DNA from: an uncultured delta proteobacterium
Lineage (GTDB): Bacteria > Myxococcota > Myxococcia > Myxococcales > Myxococcaceae
Direction of reading: 5' to 3'
DNA length: 64,000 nt
NCBI GenBank assembly: GCA_963796055.1
Contig: CAWCKH010000002.1
Coordinates: 128,001-192,000 of the forward strand
Part shown: one piece after another, positions 20,406-31,077 of the stretch
How positions within the stretch are numbered: position 1 is the first letter of the stretch
Layout: each line of letters begins with the position of its first letter
The notes under the pieces: generated by a model
Database searches by the model: none
Told to the model about the DNA's origin: nothing
Seen by the model: only the letters and a program-made list of their open reading frames with translations
Program-made: the position numbers and the translations under genes

Positions 20406-22907
20406 ATGGACCCGTCTCGCTGCCGCTCTCGTCGCCTGACCGTCGGGGCCTGCTTGCTCCTCGCTGCCTGCTCCAGCTCCGGAGATGTCATCAGGTCGCT
20501 GCAGTCGATCGGAGTGACGCCGACCAATCCCTCGCTCGCCGCGGGCACGACCCTGCAGCTCAAGGCGACCGCGACGTACACCGACCTGGCCACCGAGGAC
20601 GTCAGCGACTCCACCGGTTGGACCTCCTCGGACGCCGCGGTCCTCACCGTCTCCAGCTCGGGGCTGGTCACAGCGGTCGCTCCCGGCACCGCCAACGTCA
20701 CTGCCACCAGCGGAAGCGTGGCTGGCTCCACGACCGTCACCGTCACCGCGGCGACGCTCCAGTCCCTCGCCGTCACCCCGGCCGCCCCGTCGATCGCCAA
20801 GGGGACCACCCGACAGTTCACCGCCACCGGCACCTATACCGACGGAAGCACGCAGGACATCACCAGCCAGGCCACCTGGACCTCGTCCGCGCCCACCATC
20901 GCCACGGTCTCCGATGCCGCGGGATCGAAGGGACTGGGCACAGCCGTGGCGGTCGGGACGACCACGGTGAGCGCGGCGCTGGACGGCGTCACCGGCTCGA
21001 CCGACCTGACGGTGACCGCCGCCACGCTCCAGTCCATCGCCGTCACCCCGCCCACCCCATCGGTCGCCAAGGGCAGGACCGTGCAATTCACCGCCACCGG
21101 GACCTACTCGGACAGCAGCACCCAGGACATCACCGGCCAGGTCACCTGGGCGTCGGCGACGACCACCGTGGCCACCGTCTCCAGTGCCGCCGGGAGCAAC
21201 GGCCTGGCCACGACCCTCGGGGTCGGGACCAGCGACATCTCCGCGGCGCTCGACGGGAAGACCGGCGGAACGACGCTGACGGTGACCGCGGCCACCCTCG
21301 ACTCCATCGCGGTCACCCCGCCCGCTCCAACCGCCGCCAAGGGCACCACCTTGCAGTTCACGGCCACCGGGACCTATTCGGACCACAGCACCCAGGACAT
21401 CACCACCCAGGTCACCTGGGCCTCCGCGACGACCACCGTGGCCACCATCTCCAACGCCGCGGGGTCGAGGGGGCTGGCGACTGCGGTGAACGTCGGAACC
21501 TCGTCCGTCTCCGCCTCGCTCCCGGGAGTGACAGGCTCCACCCTCCTCACCGTGTCGGCGGCCACCTTGCAATCCATCGCCGTCACGCCCACCACGCCCT
21601 CGTTCGCCAAGGGCAGCCCGGTCCAGTTCACCGCCACCGGGACCTATACGGACAACACCACCCAGGACATCACCACCCAGGTCACCTGGGCCTCCGCGAC
21701 GACCACCGTGGCCACCATCTCCAATGCCGCGGGGTCGAGGGGGCTGGCCAGCACCGTGGGGGTCGGGACCAGCAACATCTCCGCTGCGCTCTCGGGAAAG
21801 ACCGGGGGAACGACCCTGACCGTGACCGCGGCCCAGCTGCAGTCGATCTCCGTCACCCCCGCCACTCCCAGCCGGCCGGTATTGATCACCCTGCCCTTCA
21901 CCGCCACCGGGATCTTCACCGATGCAACGACCCAGGATCTGACGACCCAGGTGGCATGGGCGTCATCAAAGACGGGGGTGGCGACCATCTCCAATGCGGC
22001 GGGCTCGATCGGGGTGGCCACTCCCGTCGCCCCCGGGGACACCACCATCAGCGCCACCCTGGAAGGCCTGAGCGGCTCGACGATCTTCACCGTCACCAGC
22101 GCCAAAGTGAGCTCGATCGCCGTCACCCCGATCAATCCGTCGATTGCCAAGGGCACCACCCAGCAGTTCACCGCCACCGGGACGTACGACGATGGAAGCC
22201 ACTTCGACCTCACCCAGACTGCCACCTGGAGCTCCTCGAAGATCGCGGTGGCTACCATCTCCAATGCATCGGGGAGCAAGGGCAAGGCCAGTGCCGCCGG
22301 AGAAGGGACCACCACCATCTCCGCCGACTTCGGGGGGAAGCACGGCTCGACCGACCTGACGGTGACTCCAGCCAAACTGGTATCGCTCGCGGTGGCGCCG
22401 ATGGCCCCCTCGATCCACCGCGGCTTGACGCAGCAGTTCATCGCCACCGGGACCTTCAGCGACGGCAGCATCCAGGTGTTGACCTCCACCGTCACCTGGT
22501 CGTCCAGTGACCCCGTGGTGGCATCGATCGCCAACGTCGGCTCACCCGGCCTGGCCACCGGCCTCTCGATGGGGAGCACCACGATCCAGGCCGCGGTGGG
22601 CACCATCTTGGGCTCCGCGACCCTCCATGTGACCGACGCCGTCCTGGTCTCGATCGCGGTGTTGCCGTCCACCGTCTCCATCCCCCGGACCACCACCGAG
22701 CAGTTCACCGCGACCGGAACCTACAGCGATTCCTCGGAGGTGGACCTCACCACCCAGGTGACCTGGACGTCGGACGACCCCACGGTGGTGGTGATCTCCA
22801 ACGCCGCGCTCTCCCAGGGGCTGGCCACCGCCCTCGCCAAGGGAAAGGTCACCATCACCGCGACCAAGGGAACGGTGAACGGGACGGCGAAGGCGACCGT
22901 TCCCTGA
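20406..22907 (+). CDS. Lipoprotein made of nine tandem Big_2 (Ig-like) domains
   Basis: LLAAC lipobox, then nine units of about 90 aa (LQSIAVTP..QFTATGTY.D...DIT.QVTW.S...VATISNA.GS.GLA). GGAGG RBS. Confidence 0.93.
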   Translation: MDPSRCRSRRLTVGACLLLAACSSSGDVIRSLQSIGVTPTNPSLAAGTTLQLKATATYTDLATEDVSDSTGWTSSDAAVLTVSSSGLVTAVAPGTANVTATSGSVAGSTTVTVTAATLQSLAVTPAAPSIAKGTTRQFTATGTYTDGSTQDITSQATWTSSAPTIATVSDAAGSKGLGTAVAVGTTTVSAALDGVTGSTDLTVTAATLQSIAVTPPTPSVAKGRTVQFTATGTYSDSSTQDITGQVTWASATTTVATVSSAAGSNGLATTLGVGTSDISAALDGKTGGTTLTVTAATLDSIAVTPPAPTAAKGTTLQFTATGTYSDHSTQDITTQVTWASATTTVATISNAAGSRGLATAVNVGTSSVSASLPGVTGSTLLTVSAATLQSIAVTPTTPSFAKGSPVQFTATGTYTDNTTQDITTQVTWASATTTVATISNAAGSRGLASTVGVGTSNISAALSGKTGGTTLTVTAAQLQSISVTPATPSRPVLITLPFTATGIFTDATTQDLTTQVAWASSKTGVATISNAAGSIGVATPVAPGDTTISATLEGLSGSTIFTVTSAKVSSIAVTPINPSIAKGTTQQFTATGTYDDGSHFDLTQTATWSSSKIAVATISNASGSKGKASAAGEGTTTISADFGGKHGSTDLTVTPAKLVSLAVAPMAPSIHRGLTQQFIATGTFSDGSIQVLTSTVTWSSSDPVVASIANVGSPGLATGLSMGSTTIQAAVGTILGSATLHVTDAVLVSIAVLPSTVSIPRTTTEQFTATGTYSDSSEVDLTTQVTWTSDDPTVVVISNAALSQGLATALAKGKVTITATKGTVNGTAKATVP
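20499..22904 (+). repeat. Nine degenerate tandem repeats of about 270 bp encoding Big_2 domains
   Basis: 270-bp period; for example 21391-21454 and 21661-21724 are identical. Confidence 0.9.
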
Positions 22908-23205
22908 GGGGCCGCTCGATCAGCACACCACACCGAGAGGGCTGACCCTCGCCCCCCTCTGGCGCACGGCATGTCTCGGATAATTTGCGGACTCGACACC
23001 GGGACTCCTCGACCATCCGGATCCAAGGAGTCGACTCCGCGCCCCTCACACCCTCAGCGAGCCAGTGCCGGACGACGCGAGGCACCAGAAGCAAGTCGAC
23101 TGCGGCCCGTCACCCGTCGGCCTCCGGCTCTCCCTCCCGAGTTTTCAGAGCGACGCCGGCGCACGTGAGAGAGGAGGGCCCGCAGCTCTTCCGGGAGAAC
23201 ACCAC

Positions 23206-25364
23206 ATGCGGCTGGCCGCAGCACGGTTCCTCACTTCCTCGATCCTCCTCCTCTCGCTCCCTGTCCTCGCCGATGGTTCCAGTCACCGGTGCCGGCTCGG
23301 GGGCGACGACCGACGCATCGAACGCGTGGTCTACATCCAGTTCGACAACACCCACCTCCGCCGGGACAAGGCCAACGTCTCGTCGGACCTGGAGCAGATG
23401 CCGCACCTGCTCGACTTCATGCGCGACAACGGAACCGTGCTCACCAACGATCACACGGTCCTCATCTCCCACACCGCGGGCGGGATCCTCTCCACCTTGA
23501 CCGGCGTCTATCCGGACCGCCACGGCCAGACCGTCTCCAACAGCTACGTCCGGACCTCCGCGACGGGCTCCTTCTCCTTCCCCAGCTCGTTCGGCTACTG
23601 GACCGACCCGGTCGACGCGGTGACCGGGGTGCCCAACATGGTGACGCCCGACGGCTCCGTTCCGCCGGCGCCGTGGGTTCCGTACACCCGGGCCGGCTGT
23701 GACGTGGGAGCGGTGGCCACGGCGAACATCGTCCTGGAGAACACCGGCACCGGCGCCACCGGGGACGTGACCAAGGTCTTCGGGGTCGACTCGCCCCAGT
23801 TCAACGAGGCGAAGGCGTCCGCTGCCGCCCCGTTCGGAACCGCGACGCGGAACAAGGCCCAGACGGATTCGTGGGACTCGCGATCCACTGCGCGCACGGC
23901 TCAAAGCTCTGCACCGCGGGACATGACGACCTGCTGCCCTCGGAGCCGGGCGGCTACCACGGCTTCCAGGGCCTCTTCGGTGCGCAGGAAATCAATCCGA
24001 TCCTCGCCGGCGGCCCGGTGCTGAACGACCTCGCGGGCAACCCGATCACCGATCCCTTCGGCCAGCCCGGCTTCCCCGGGTTCGACGGGATGGAGGCCAC
24101 GGTGTCGCTGGCATACGCGGCGGCGATGCTCGAGCACGGAGCCCAGGTGACGTTCGCGTACATCTCGGACGCGCACGACTTCCATGGCGTCTCGGGCAAT
24201 GCCCACACGGCGTTCGGTCCCGGTTCGGCCGGCTACGTCGCGCAGCTCAAGGCGTACGACGACGCCTTCGCCGCCTTCTTCGCCCGGTTGAAGAAGGACG
24301 GCATCACCCGCGAGAACACGCTCTTCGTCTTCACCGTGGACGAGGGAGACCACTTCGTCGGCGGGTCGCCCACGCCCGCGAGCTGCGACGGAGTGAACGT
24401 GCCGTGCGACTGGACCGGGCAGGTCGGAGAGATCAACGCGAACATCGATACCCTGGTGGCCGACCAGTTCCCGACACTCGGTGCCGCATTCCTCGCCTCC
24501 GGGGCTCCATACGCCTTCACCGTGCACGGCGACGACGCGCCCACCTTCTACCTGGCGAAGAGGGGTTCTGGGCCACTCGGCCAGACGGACCCGGTGACCC
24601 GTGACTTCGAGCGGAAGCTGGCCGACCTCACCGCGGTGAATCCCTACACCGGGGCGACCGACCGGCTCCTGGCGCAGATGGCCGACCAGACCGGCATGAA
24701 GACGCTGCACATGATCACCACCGGAGACCCGGTCCGGAACGCCACCTTCGTTTACTTCGCCGACCCGGACTACTTCCTCACCGACTTTCCCTCCAGCACC
24801 TGCAAGACCTGCATCAACCCCGCCTTCGCCTGGAACCACGGTGACATCCAGCCGGAGATCGCGCACACCTGGGCGGGGTTCGTCGGCCCCGGCGTCCGAC
24901 ACCTTGGGACGGCCGCTCCCTGGACCGACCACACCGACGTCCGCCCGACCATGCTCAAGCTCCTGGGGCTGCGGGACGACTACGTCCACGACGGCAGGGT
25001 GGTGACCCAGATCCTCTCGCACGGGCGGGGCGGGCACGGGCGGGACGACCGGCATGACGACGACGACGGCCTGACCGAGGCGCTCGGTGCGACGTACAAG
25101 CAGCTCAACGCTCCCTTCGGCCGCTTCGCCCGTCGCGTGCTCCGGGCCTCGACCCTGGCGCTGAAGGGTGAGGACGCGACCTACGCCACGCTGGAAGCGG
25201 AGATCGCCAGCATCACCAGCCGCCGCGACGCGCTGGCCAGCCAGATTCGCGCCGCGCTCGCCGCCGAGGAGTTCGACGGTCACCGGATCGGCGAGCGGAC
25301 GGCCCGCCGGTGGATCGAGCAGGCCGAGGATCTCATCGCCGAGGCGGGCGAGCTGACGCGCTGA
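23206..25364 (+). CDS. Secreted alkaline-phosphatase-superfamily protein, frameshifted near 23868
   Basis: Signal peptide; YIQFDN, SHTAGGILSTLTGVYPDRHG, ISDAHD, LFVFTVDEGD, WNHG and DVRPTMLKLLG. One missing base at AQTD(F)VGLAIHC. Confidence 0.75.
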
Positions 25365-25824
25365 ACCGCCACCTGACGCCGGCGGGTGGGCCCGAGGGTC
25401 CACCGGCCGGCGCCCGAATCGGTCGCGCCGACCGGAACAGGTTGATCTTCGCCAGGTCGATCAGCTCGTCCCCGCGACCGCTGATCACCGCCTTGAGCGC
25501 GAAGAGGCTGAAGCCCTTCATCTGCTCGACGGTGATCGTCGGGGACATCGAAAGCTCCTGCCGGTGCACCAGGACCTCGACCAGCGCCGGCCCAGCGTGG
25601 GCCATGGCCTGGGTCAGCATCGGCCGGACCTGGTCCGGGCGCTCGGCGGTGAGCCCCAGCATGCCAGCGCCCTCGGCGATGGTCGCGAAGTCGGGGTTCT
25701 TCAAATCGGTGCTGAAGTCCACGATGCCCGCCGCCTTCATCTCCAGCTCGACGAACGCCAGCGAGTCGTTCTTGAAGACCACCACCTTCACCGGCAGCTC
25801 CAGCTGACGGAGGGTGAGCAGGTC
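25333..25824 (-). pseudogene. poxB: C-terminal remnant of pyruvate oxidase/dehydrogenase PoxB
   Basis: DLLTLRQLELPVKVVVFKNDSLAFVELEMK...NPDFATIAE...ELSMSP...KAVISGRGDELIDLAK. Most of the gene (5' part) is absent. Confidence 0.88.
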
Positions 25825-25876
25825 TCACCCCAGTGGATGCATCCGTGGGCCGGTAAGCCCACGCGTCACACCGGCC

Positions 25877-28800
25877 TCACCTTCCCGACCGCCATGCCGC
25901 CGGGACGAGCCAGTACAGCGTGCCGTTCAGGTCGGCGATGGTCAGCGCGACGAAGGGAGTGTTCCAGTTCCCCCCGCTCACGTCGCGGAATCCAAAGGAC
26001 ACGCCGAGCCTGTCCTGAAGGATGGTGACGTCGAACTCCACGCCGAATTGCGAGCCGCCGCCCCAGGCCAGCGACCACTGAGGCCCGGAGCCGATCCCCA
26101 CCGAACCGAGATGCACCCTGCCCCGCACGCCGAGCGTGGTGGAGACGACGCTCGGGCTGAACTGGATGTCGATGAGCTGCAGGGTCGAGTCCACCGAGAA
26201 CCACCGACCGAGCTGGAGGCGCGGCTCGAGCCAGCTCATGGCGATGCTTCCTCCCACCACGTCCAGTGCCAGCCGGTAGGGTACGAGATGGCCAAGGACG
26301 ATGGGGAGGTAGGACCCGTCGGCCAGCGGGTGCAGGGGGATGGTCGAGGGATCGACCTGGAAGGACACCTCCCCTGTCCGCTCTCCGGCGCGGCTCACCG
26401 TCTCCCCCGCGCCGATGACCGCGTTCACCGCCTTGCGGGTGGAGGTCGACTCCGACGAACCCTGGGCGATCTCCACCGCGCCCGCCCGGTCGAGCGCACG
26501 CCGCACGGTCTGCGAGAGCCACCGCCCCTGGTCGGCGAGCGCCGCCTGCATGGCCTTGGATTCGGGCTGGTAGCCGGCGGCCTGGAGCCGCTCGAGGAAC
26601 TGCTCGAAGGTCAGGTCCACCGGGCACAGCGCTTCCTCGGCCGAGGCGGTGCACTTCGTAGTCGGCTCGAGGAGCACCGCCAGGGCGATTCCCATCGCTC
26701 CTGCGGCGCGGAGGTCGGGCGGTGCACCGAGCCAGCCCCACTCCGGGGTCGCTGCCAGGCGCTCCGCCTCGGCGGAGCTTCCCAGCGCCGCCGCCAGCTC
26801 ACGGCGGGCGAGCGCCCGAACGACCGGGCCTGCCTGGGGCGAGGTGAGGATTTGCAGATCCTCCATGGATTCCCGCATCGCCGCACCGAGACAGCGCTGG
26901 GTCTGCTCGCTGCGGGGGTCGGGCTCCCCGCTCCCATCCGTCTTGAGCACCGGCAGCGGACGTGAGGCGAGATAGGGGTCCTGCTGGGCGCAGATGAGAA
27001 CGGCCATTCCGTGCAGCCCCTCGTAGATGCCGGTGTAGTAGTCGAGCTCGCGCAGCGGACGATCCATGAAACCGGCGAAGTGCTCCAGCTTCTCACCCGC
27101 CAGGGGGCTGAACCGCGTGGCGAGCAGCAGGCGCCTCTGCCCGCGCACGTCGGACTGGATCTCGGTCGCGTCCTCGTGGAGCTGCAGCGCGGCATCGTTC
27201 AGGCTGGCGAGACGCGGGCGCAGCTCTCCGAGGAGCGAGACGCGGCGCGCTGCAGCCCGTGTCGCCTCGGAGAGGGTCGTCTCCGGTACCCGGACGAGGG
27301 CGGTCTGGATGGGGGAGAGCAGCCCGCTGGAGAAGAGCTGCTTGCTCGAGCCCGCTCCGAGCAACGCCAGGGCCTGTGCTGCAGGTTCGGCAACGCCGGA
27401 GGGGGTGCCCGCTGCGCTCAGCGCGCGGAGCGCATCGGAGAGGGCCGGTCGGGTGCCCTCGACGGCATGACCGGCGAGCGCTTGCACCGCGGACGCTGCG
27501 CGCAGACAGGCGGCACGCATCCGGAGGAGCGCACTCTCTGCACCGACCTGCTGTGCATAGGGAACCAGCTCGTCGGCCAGGAAGGCCAGGGCACCGGCTG
27601 CCACCGTGGAGCGGAGCGACAGTCCGGTGCCGCGTGTCGCCGAACCCAGAGCCTCGATGAAGGGCAAAAGGTCCTCGGCGAAGCGAAGGACCTCGTCCGG
27701 GGAGAGGGGCGCGGTCCCCTGGGCGCGAGCTCCAGCGTCGAGCGCGGCAAGAACGTTCCCGCCCTTGCCCTCGACGGCGGCCGCGCAGGACTCCAGTTCG
27801 GTGCCGGCGAGTGGCCGCTGCCGCAGACAGCGGGCGATGAAGCGGCCCAGAGGTCCGCGCTCCTGGCCCGCTGGCCTCCGCCCCGGAGCCGCCGGTTCGG
27901 CGCCCGGTGAGGCCTGCCCTGCCTCCAGCTGCGAAGCGATGGACGCGTAGGTGGCGAGCGCCGATGCCGTCCGGAAGAGGAGTGCCCGGACGGTGAGATT
28001 CCAGCGCCGGGAGGCGATGGCCTCGACGAGCCGCTGCTCGCGCGCGGTGCCCACCAGGTCATTGCCAAATTGCACCGCGTCGCTGAATCCCTGGACGGCT
28101 CTCTCCGGAGCAGGCGGAGCGTCCTCCCGTGGCCGCCGGATGTTCGGATCGACGAGCAGAACGGACAGCGGGCGGAGTGTCCGCGGTGGAGCGAAGGCCT
28201 CGGCCTGCTCGATGGCCAGCCCTACCGGCGCGTTGTCCAGGAACCCGCCGTCGATGAAGTTGCTCCGGCAAAGCTTGAACTCCTGACCGCCACGGGCGGC
28301 GCTGTAGGCGGAACAGGTCAGACCGCCGGACGGCTTGCCCGGCAGCGGCCCCGGGCATTGATCGGGAGTGACCTCGCGCTGCCCATCCCCGCACGCCCGG
28401 CGGCACTCGCACACCCCCCGTGCGCCGAAGGCGACCGGGAACGCGGCCGAGGCGAGCAGCGCCTGGATTGCCGCGGCCGAGGGAAGGTGCGGGCCGGAGG
28501 CATCGATGGCATCGGCCAGCGCGGCCGCGTCGGCTGCCATCCCGGTGGATCGCAACCCGGTGTCGCGGCGGAGCCTGGGGACGCCGTCCCGGTCCACGTC
28601 GAAGATCAGCGGCACCACCGTCTGCTGTGACTTCACGCGCAGGCCGGACACCGCGCGGAGCTGGGGCACGACGCGGGTCATGGTGAAGCCCACCGGGACC
28701 CTGCATCCGGGCTGGAAGCGAATCCCCTTCCCCGAGAAGATGCGGCTCTGCACGCTGTCCACCACGGGGGTGAAGGCGGACGAGGCGAACAGGCCGTCCG

Positions 28801-29197
28801 TGGGGGTGTAGAGGGCCGGGTCGCCGGGCAGGAGCTCGTCGAGTCCGATGGCGAGCCACACGTCGCGGAGAAGGTTTCGATCCACGGAGAGGTTGTCCAC
28901 CTCGTCGTCGGCCTCGCACCACAGCGCGGCCGCGAGGAGGGCGTTGACGCTGCCCGCGGAGGAGCCGGAGAGCGCCTCGAGACGGGGGCGGCGGCGTTCC
29001 CTGTCCGCCGCGCGGCGGTTGGAGCGGATGAGGCGGATGAGTGTCCAGTTCACTGCCGCCTCGTAGGTGCCGAGGCTCGCCGCGCCCTGGAGGGTGAGCG
29101 AGAACGGCGTGCTCTCCGTGGCCGCCGGAGCCGAGCCGGCTGCCGCAACGACGAAAGCGAGCAGCGCGGAAGCGCCCATTCTCCACCCCCTGACCAC
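25877..29197 (-). CDS. Large secreted patatin-like phospholipase
   Basis: Signal peptide; LQGAASLG oxyanion loop, GSSAG nucleophile, ASAAFPVAF and FIDGGFLDN. Start at 29197 or 29179. Confidence 0.85.
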   Translation of the reverse strand: MVRGWRMGASALLAFVVAAAGSAPAATESTPFSLTLQGAASLGTYEAAVNWTLIRLIRSNRRAADRERRRPRLEALSGSSAGSVNALLAAALWCEADDEVDNLSVDRNLLRDVWLAIGLDELLPGDPALYTPTDGLFASSAFTPVVDSVQSRIFSGKGIRFQPGCRVPVGFTMTRVVPQLRAVSGLRVKSQQTVVPLIFDVDRDGVPRLRRDTGLRSTGMAADAAALADAIDASGPHLPSAAAIQALLASAAFPVAFGARGVCECRRACGDGQREVTPDQCPGPLPGKPSGGLTCSAYSAARGGQEFKLCRSNFIDGGFLDNAPVGLAIEQAEAFAPPRTLRPLSVLLVDPNIRRPREDAPPAPERAVQGFSDAVQFGNDLVGTAREQRLVEAIASRRWNLTVRALLFRTASALATYASIASQLEAGQASPGAEPAAPGRRPAGQERGPLGRFIARCLRQRPLAGTELESCAAAVEGKGGNVLAALDAGARAQGTAPLSPDEVLRFAEDLLPFIEALGSATRGTGLSLRSTVAAGALAFLADELVPYAQQVGAESALLRMRAACLRAASAVQALAGHAVEGTRPALSDALRALSAAGTPSGVAEPAAQALALLGAGSSKQLFSSGLLSPIQTALVRVPETTLSEATRAAARRVSLLGELRPRLASLNDAALQLHEDATEIQSDVRGQRRLLLATRFSPLAGEKLEHFAGFMDRPLRELDYYTGIYEGLHGMAVLICAQQDPYLASRPLPVLKTDGSGEPDPRSEQTQRCLGAAMRESMEDLQILTSPQAGPVVRALARRELAAALGSSAEAERLAATPEWGWLGAPPDLRAAGAMGIALAVLLEPTTKCTASAEEALCPVDLTFEQFLERLQAAGYQPESKAMQAALADQGRWLSQTVRRALDRAGAVEIAQGSSESTSTRKAVNAVIGAGETVSRAGERTGEVSFQVDPSTIPLHPLADGSYLPIVLGHLVPYRLALDVVGGSIAMSWLEPRLQLGRWFSVDSTLQLIDIQFSPSVVSTTLGVRGRVHLGSVGIGSGPQWSLAWGGGSQFGVEFDVTILQDRLGVSFGFRDVSGGNWNTPFVALTIADLNGTLYWLVPAAWRSGR

Positions 29198-29264
29198 AGG
29201 TCGACGGTCCGGGGGACCCTAGCACCCGCGCTCGAGTGAGGGGAGCAAAGTCAGGCGCCGCGGC

Positions 29265-29892
29265 TCACTGCTTCGTTGCCGGCCCGCCGGCACGCCCCGC
29301 GTCTTCCTGGTCGTAGAACTTCTGCAACAACTTCCGGGCCTCGTCGCGGTCGAGGCAGGTGTACGAGTTCCAGGCCTCGGTCCGGAGCTGATCATCGAGG
29401 TCTTTGCCGATCACCTCGAGAATCGTCTCCTTCGCCGACCGGACTGCCCGCTGGGAGTTCCGCAGGATCTGCCGGGCGACCAGCTCCGTCTCCTCGTCGA
29501 GGCGATCGTGCGGGACCACCTTCGTCACCAGGTTGCATTGCAGCGACCGGCGGCGAGTGCCCACCCGTTGATCGAGGCGACGATCGGCTTGTGGATCCGG
29601 TGCAGCCCGCGGGTGATCCCCCCGAATTCCAGCTCGACGATCTCCCGGACCCTGCTCGGGCTTGCGTCCACGTAGTTCGCGGGCACCCAGGTCCGAAGGT
29701 CCGCACCGGCGCAAAAGCTGTCACCTGTCCCGCGGAGGATGGCCACGTCGACCCCCTCGTCGTCACGGAGGTCCCGCCAGATGCGACACAGCTCGTCGTT
29801 CATCGCGAGGTCGATCGCGTTCTTGGCGTCGGTCGGTTCAAGGTGACGAAGGCGATGCGGTCCCGCTTCTGGTAGCGGATGGTCTCGAGCAC
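29265..29892 (-). pseudogene. Enoyl-CoA hydratase/isomerase pseudogene
   Basis: IAFVTLNRP/DAKNAI (frameshift near 29830), FCAGADL. KPIVASINGWALAAG is joined directly to LQCNLVTKVVP near 29547, so the catalytic-Glu segment is deleted. Confidence 0.85.
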
Positions 29893-30021
29893 GTGCCACC
29901 TCCGAGCGATGCGGAGGATAGCGAGCGATCCGGAGCCTGGCGACGGCCCTGAGCCACCCGCCGGCCACGCCCCTCGACAACGCGACCGCCAATCCCCAGC
30001 GGTCACCCTGCGAACAGCTCG

Positions 30022-30096
30022 ATTCCGGCCGCAGTGACTGTCTTCCCGGGCGAGATCTACCGTGCGGCGCCGAGCTGGGCCTTCACCTTCGGCTGA
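30022..30096 (+). pseudogene. Short remnant of an epoxide hydrolase C-terminus
   Basis: [20 protein letters not shown] matches the typical VPxAVxxFPxEIxxxPRSW motif. Confidence 0.55.
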
Positions 30097-30111
30097 GGAG
30101 GACAGGAACCG

Positions 30112-30561
30112 ATGAACTCACGTCTTCTGATGACGTTGCAGGTCCCGGTGCTGGGCCCACAGAGGCTTGGCGCGGTGCCCCACGGCACCCGTGTCACCGT
30201 TCCCATCGCCAGCGGCCACTTCGAGGGTCCCCGGTTACGCGGAAAGGTGCTGCCCGGGGGTGGCGACTGGACGCTCCTGCGGGGAGACGGTGTCCTCGAG
30301 CTCGATGTGCGCATCACGCTCGAGACCGACGACGGCGCCCTGATCTACCTGACCTCGTTCGGGCTGCGCCATGGGCCGCCCGAGGTGATCGCGGCGCTCG
30401 GGCGCGGCGAGCAAGTCGATCCATCGACCTATTACTTCCGGACCACGCCTCGCTTCGAGACCGCTCACCCGAAGTACGCCTTCCTGAATCGCCTTCTGGC
30501 GGTGTCGAGCGGACACCGCCTCCCCCAAGGGTCCGTCTACACAATCGACGAAATCCTCTAG
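30112..30561 (+). CDS. DUF3237 domain protein
   Basis: [27 protein letters not shown] and [11 protein letters not shown]. Confidence 0.93.
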   Translation: MNSRLLMTLQVPVLGPQRLGAVPHGTRVTVPIASGHFEGPRLRGKVLPGGGDWTLLRGDGVLELDVRITLETDDGALIYLTSFGLRHGPPEVIAALGRGEQVDPSTYYFRTTPRFETAHPKYAFLNRLLAVSSGHRLPQGSVYTIDEIL

Positions 30562-30608
30562 GGCCCCGGCAAGGTTCCGTCGATTCTCTCGCCGAAGGAG
30601 ACACACCC

Positions 30609-31076
30609 ATGAGTCCCAGACCGCCCGTCCCGCCGTTCACCGAGGAGACCGCGCGCCGAAAGGTCCGAGCGGCCGAGGATGCCTGGAACGGGCGCGACCC
30701 GGCGAAGGTGGCACTCGCCTACACCCCGGACAGCCGCTGGAGAAATCGCTCGGAGTTCATCCGGGGGCGCACCGAGGTCGAGGCGTTCCTCACGCGGAAG
30801 TGGGCGCGCGAGCTCGACTACCGTCTCATCAAGGAGCTCTGGGCATTCGGCGCCAACCGCATCGCCGTGCGGTTCGTCTACGAATGTCGCGACAGCGAGG
30901 GCCGGTGGTGGCGCAGTCACGGCAACGAGAACTGGCTCTTCGATGCCGAGGGTTACATGGCCGAGCGGCACGCCAGCATCAATGACGTGCCCATCGCCGA
31001 GACGGACCGGCTCTTCCGGTGGCCACAGGGCGTGCGCCCGGCTGACCATCCGGGGCTCACCGAGCTCGGACTTTGA
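30609..31076 (+). CDS. DUF1348 (SnoaL/NTF2-like) protein
   Basis: [34 protein letters not shown] and HASIND. Confidence 0.95.
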   Translation: MSPRPPVPPFTEETARRKVRAAEDAWNGRDPAKVALAYTPDSRWRNRSEFIRGRTEVEAFLTRKWARELDYRLIKELWAFGANRIAVRFVYECRDSEGRWWRSHGNENWLFDAEGYMAERHASINDVPIAETDRLFRWPQGVRPADHPGLTELGL

Positions 31077-31077
31077 G

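Noticed and set aside
20189..22510. 773-aa His/Arg-rich repetitive ORF
   Set aside because: It is the alternate frame of the Thr/Ala-rich Big_2 gene.
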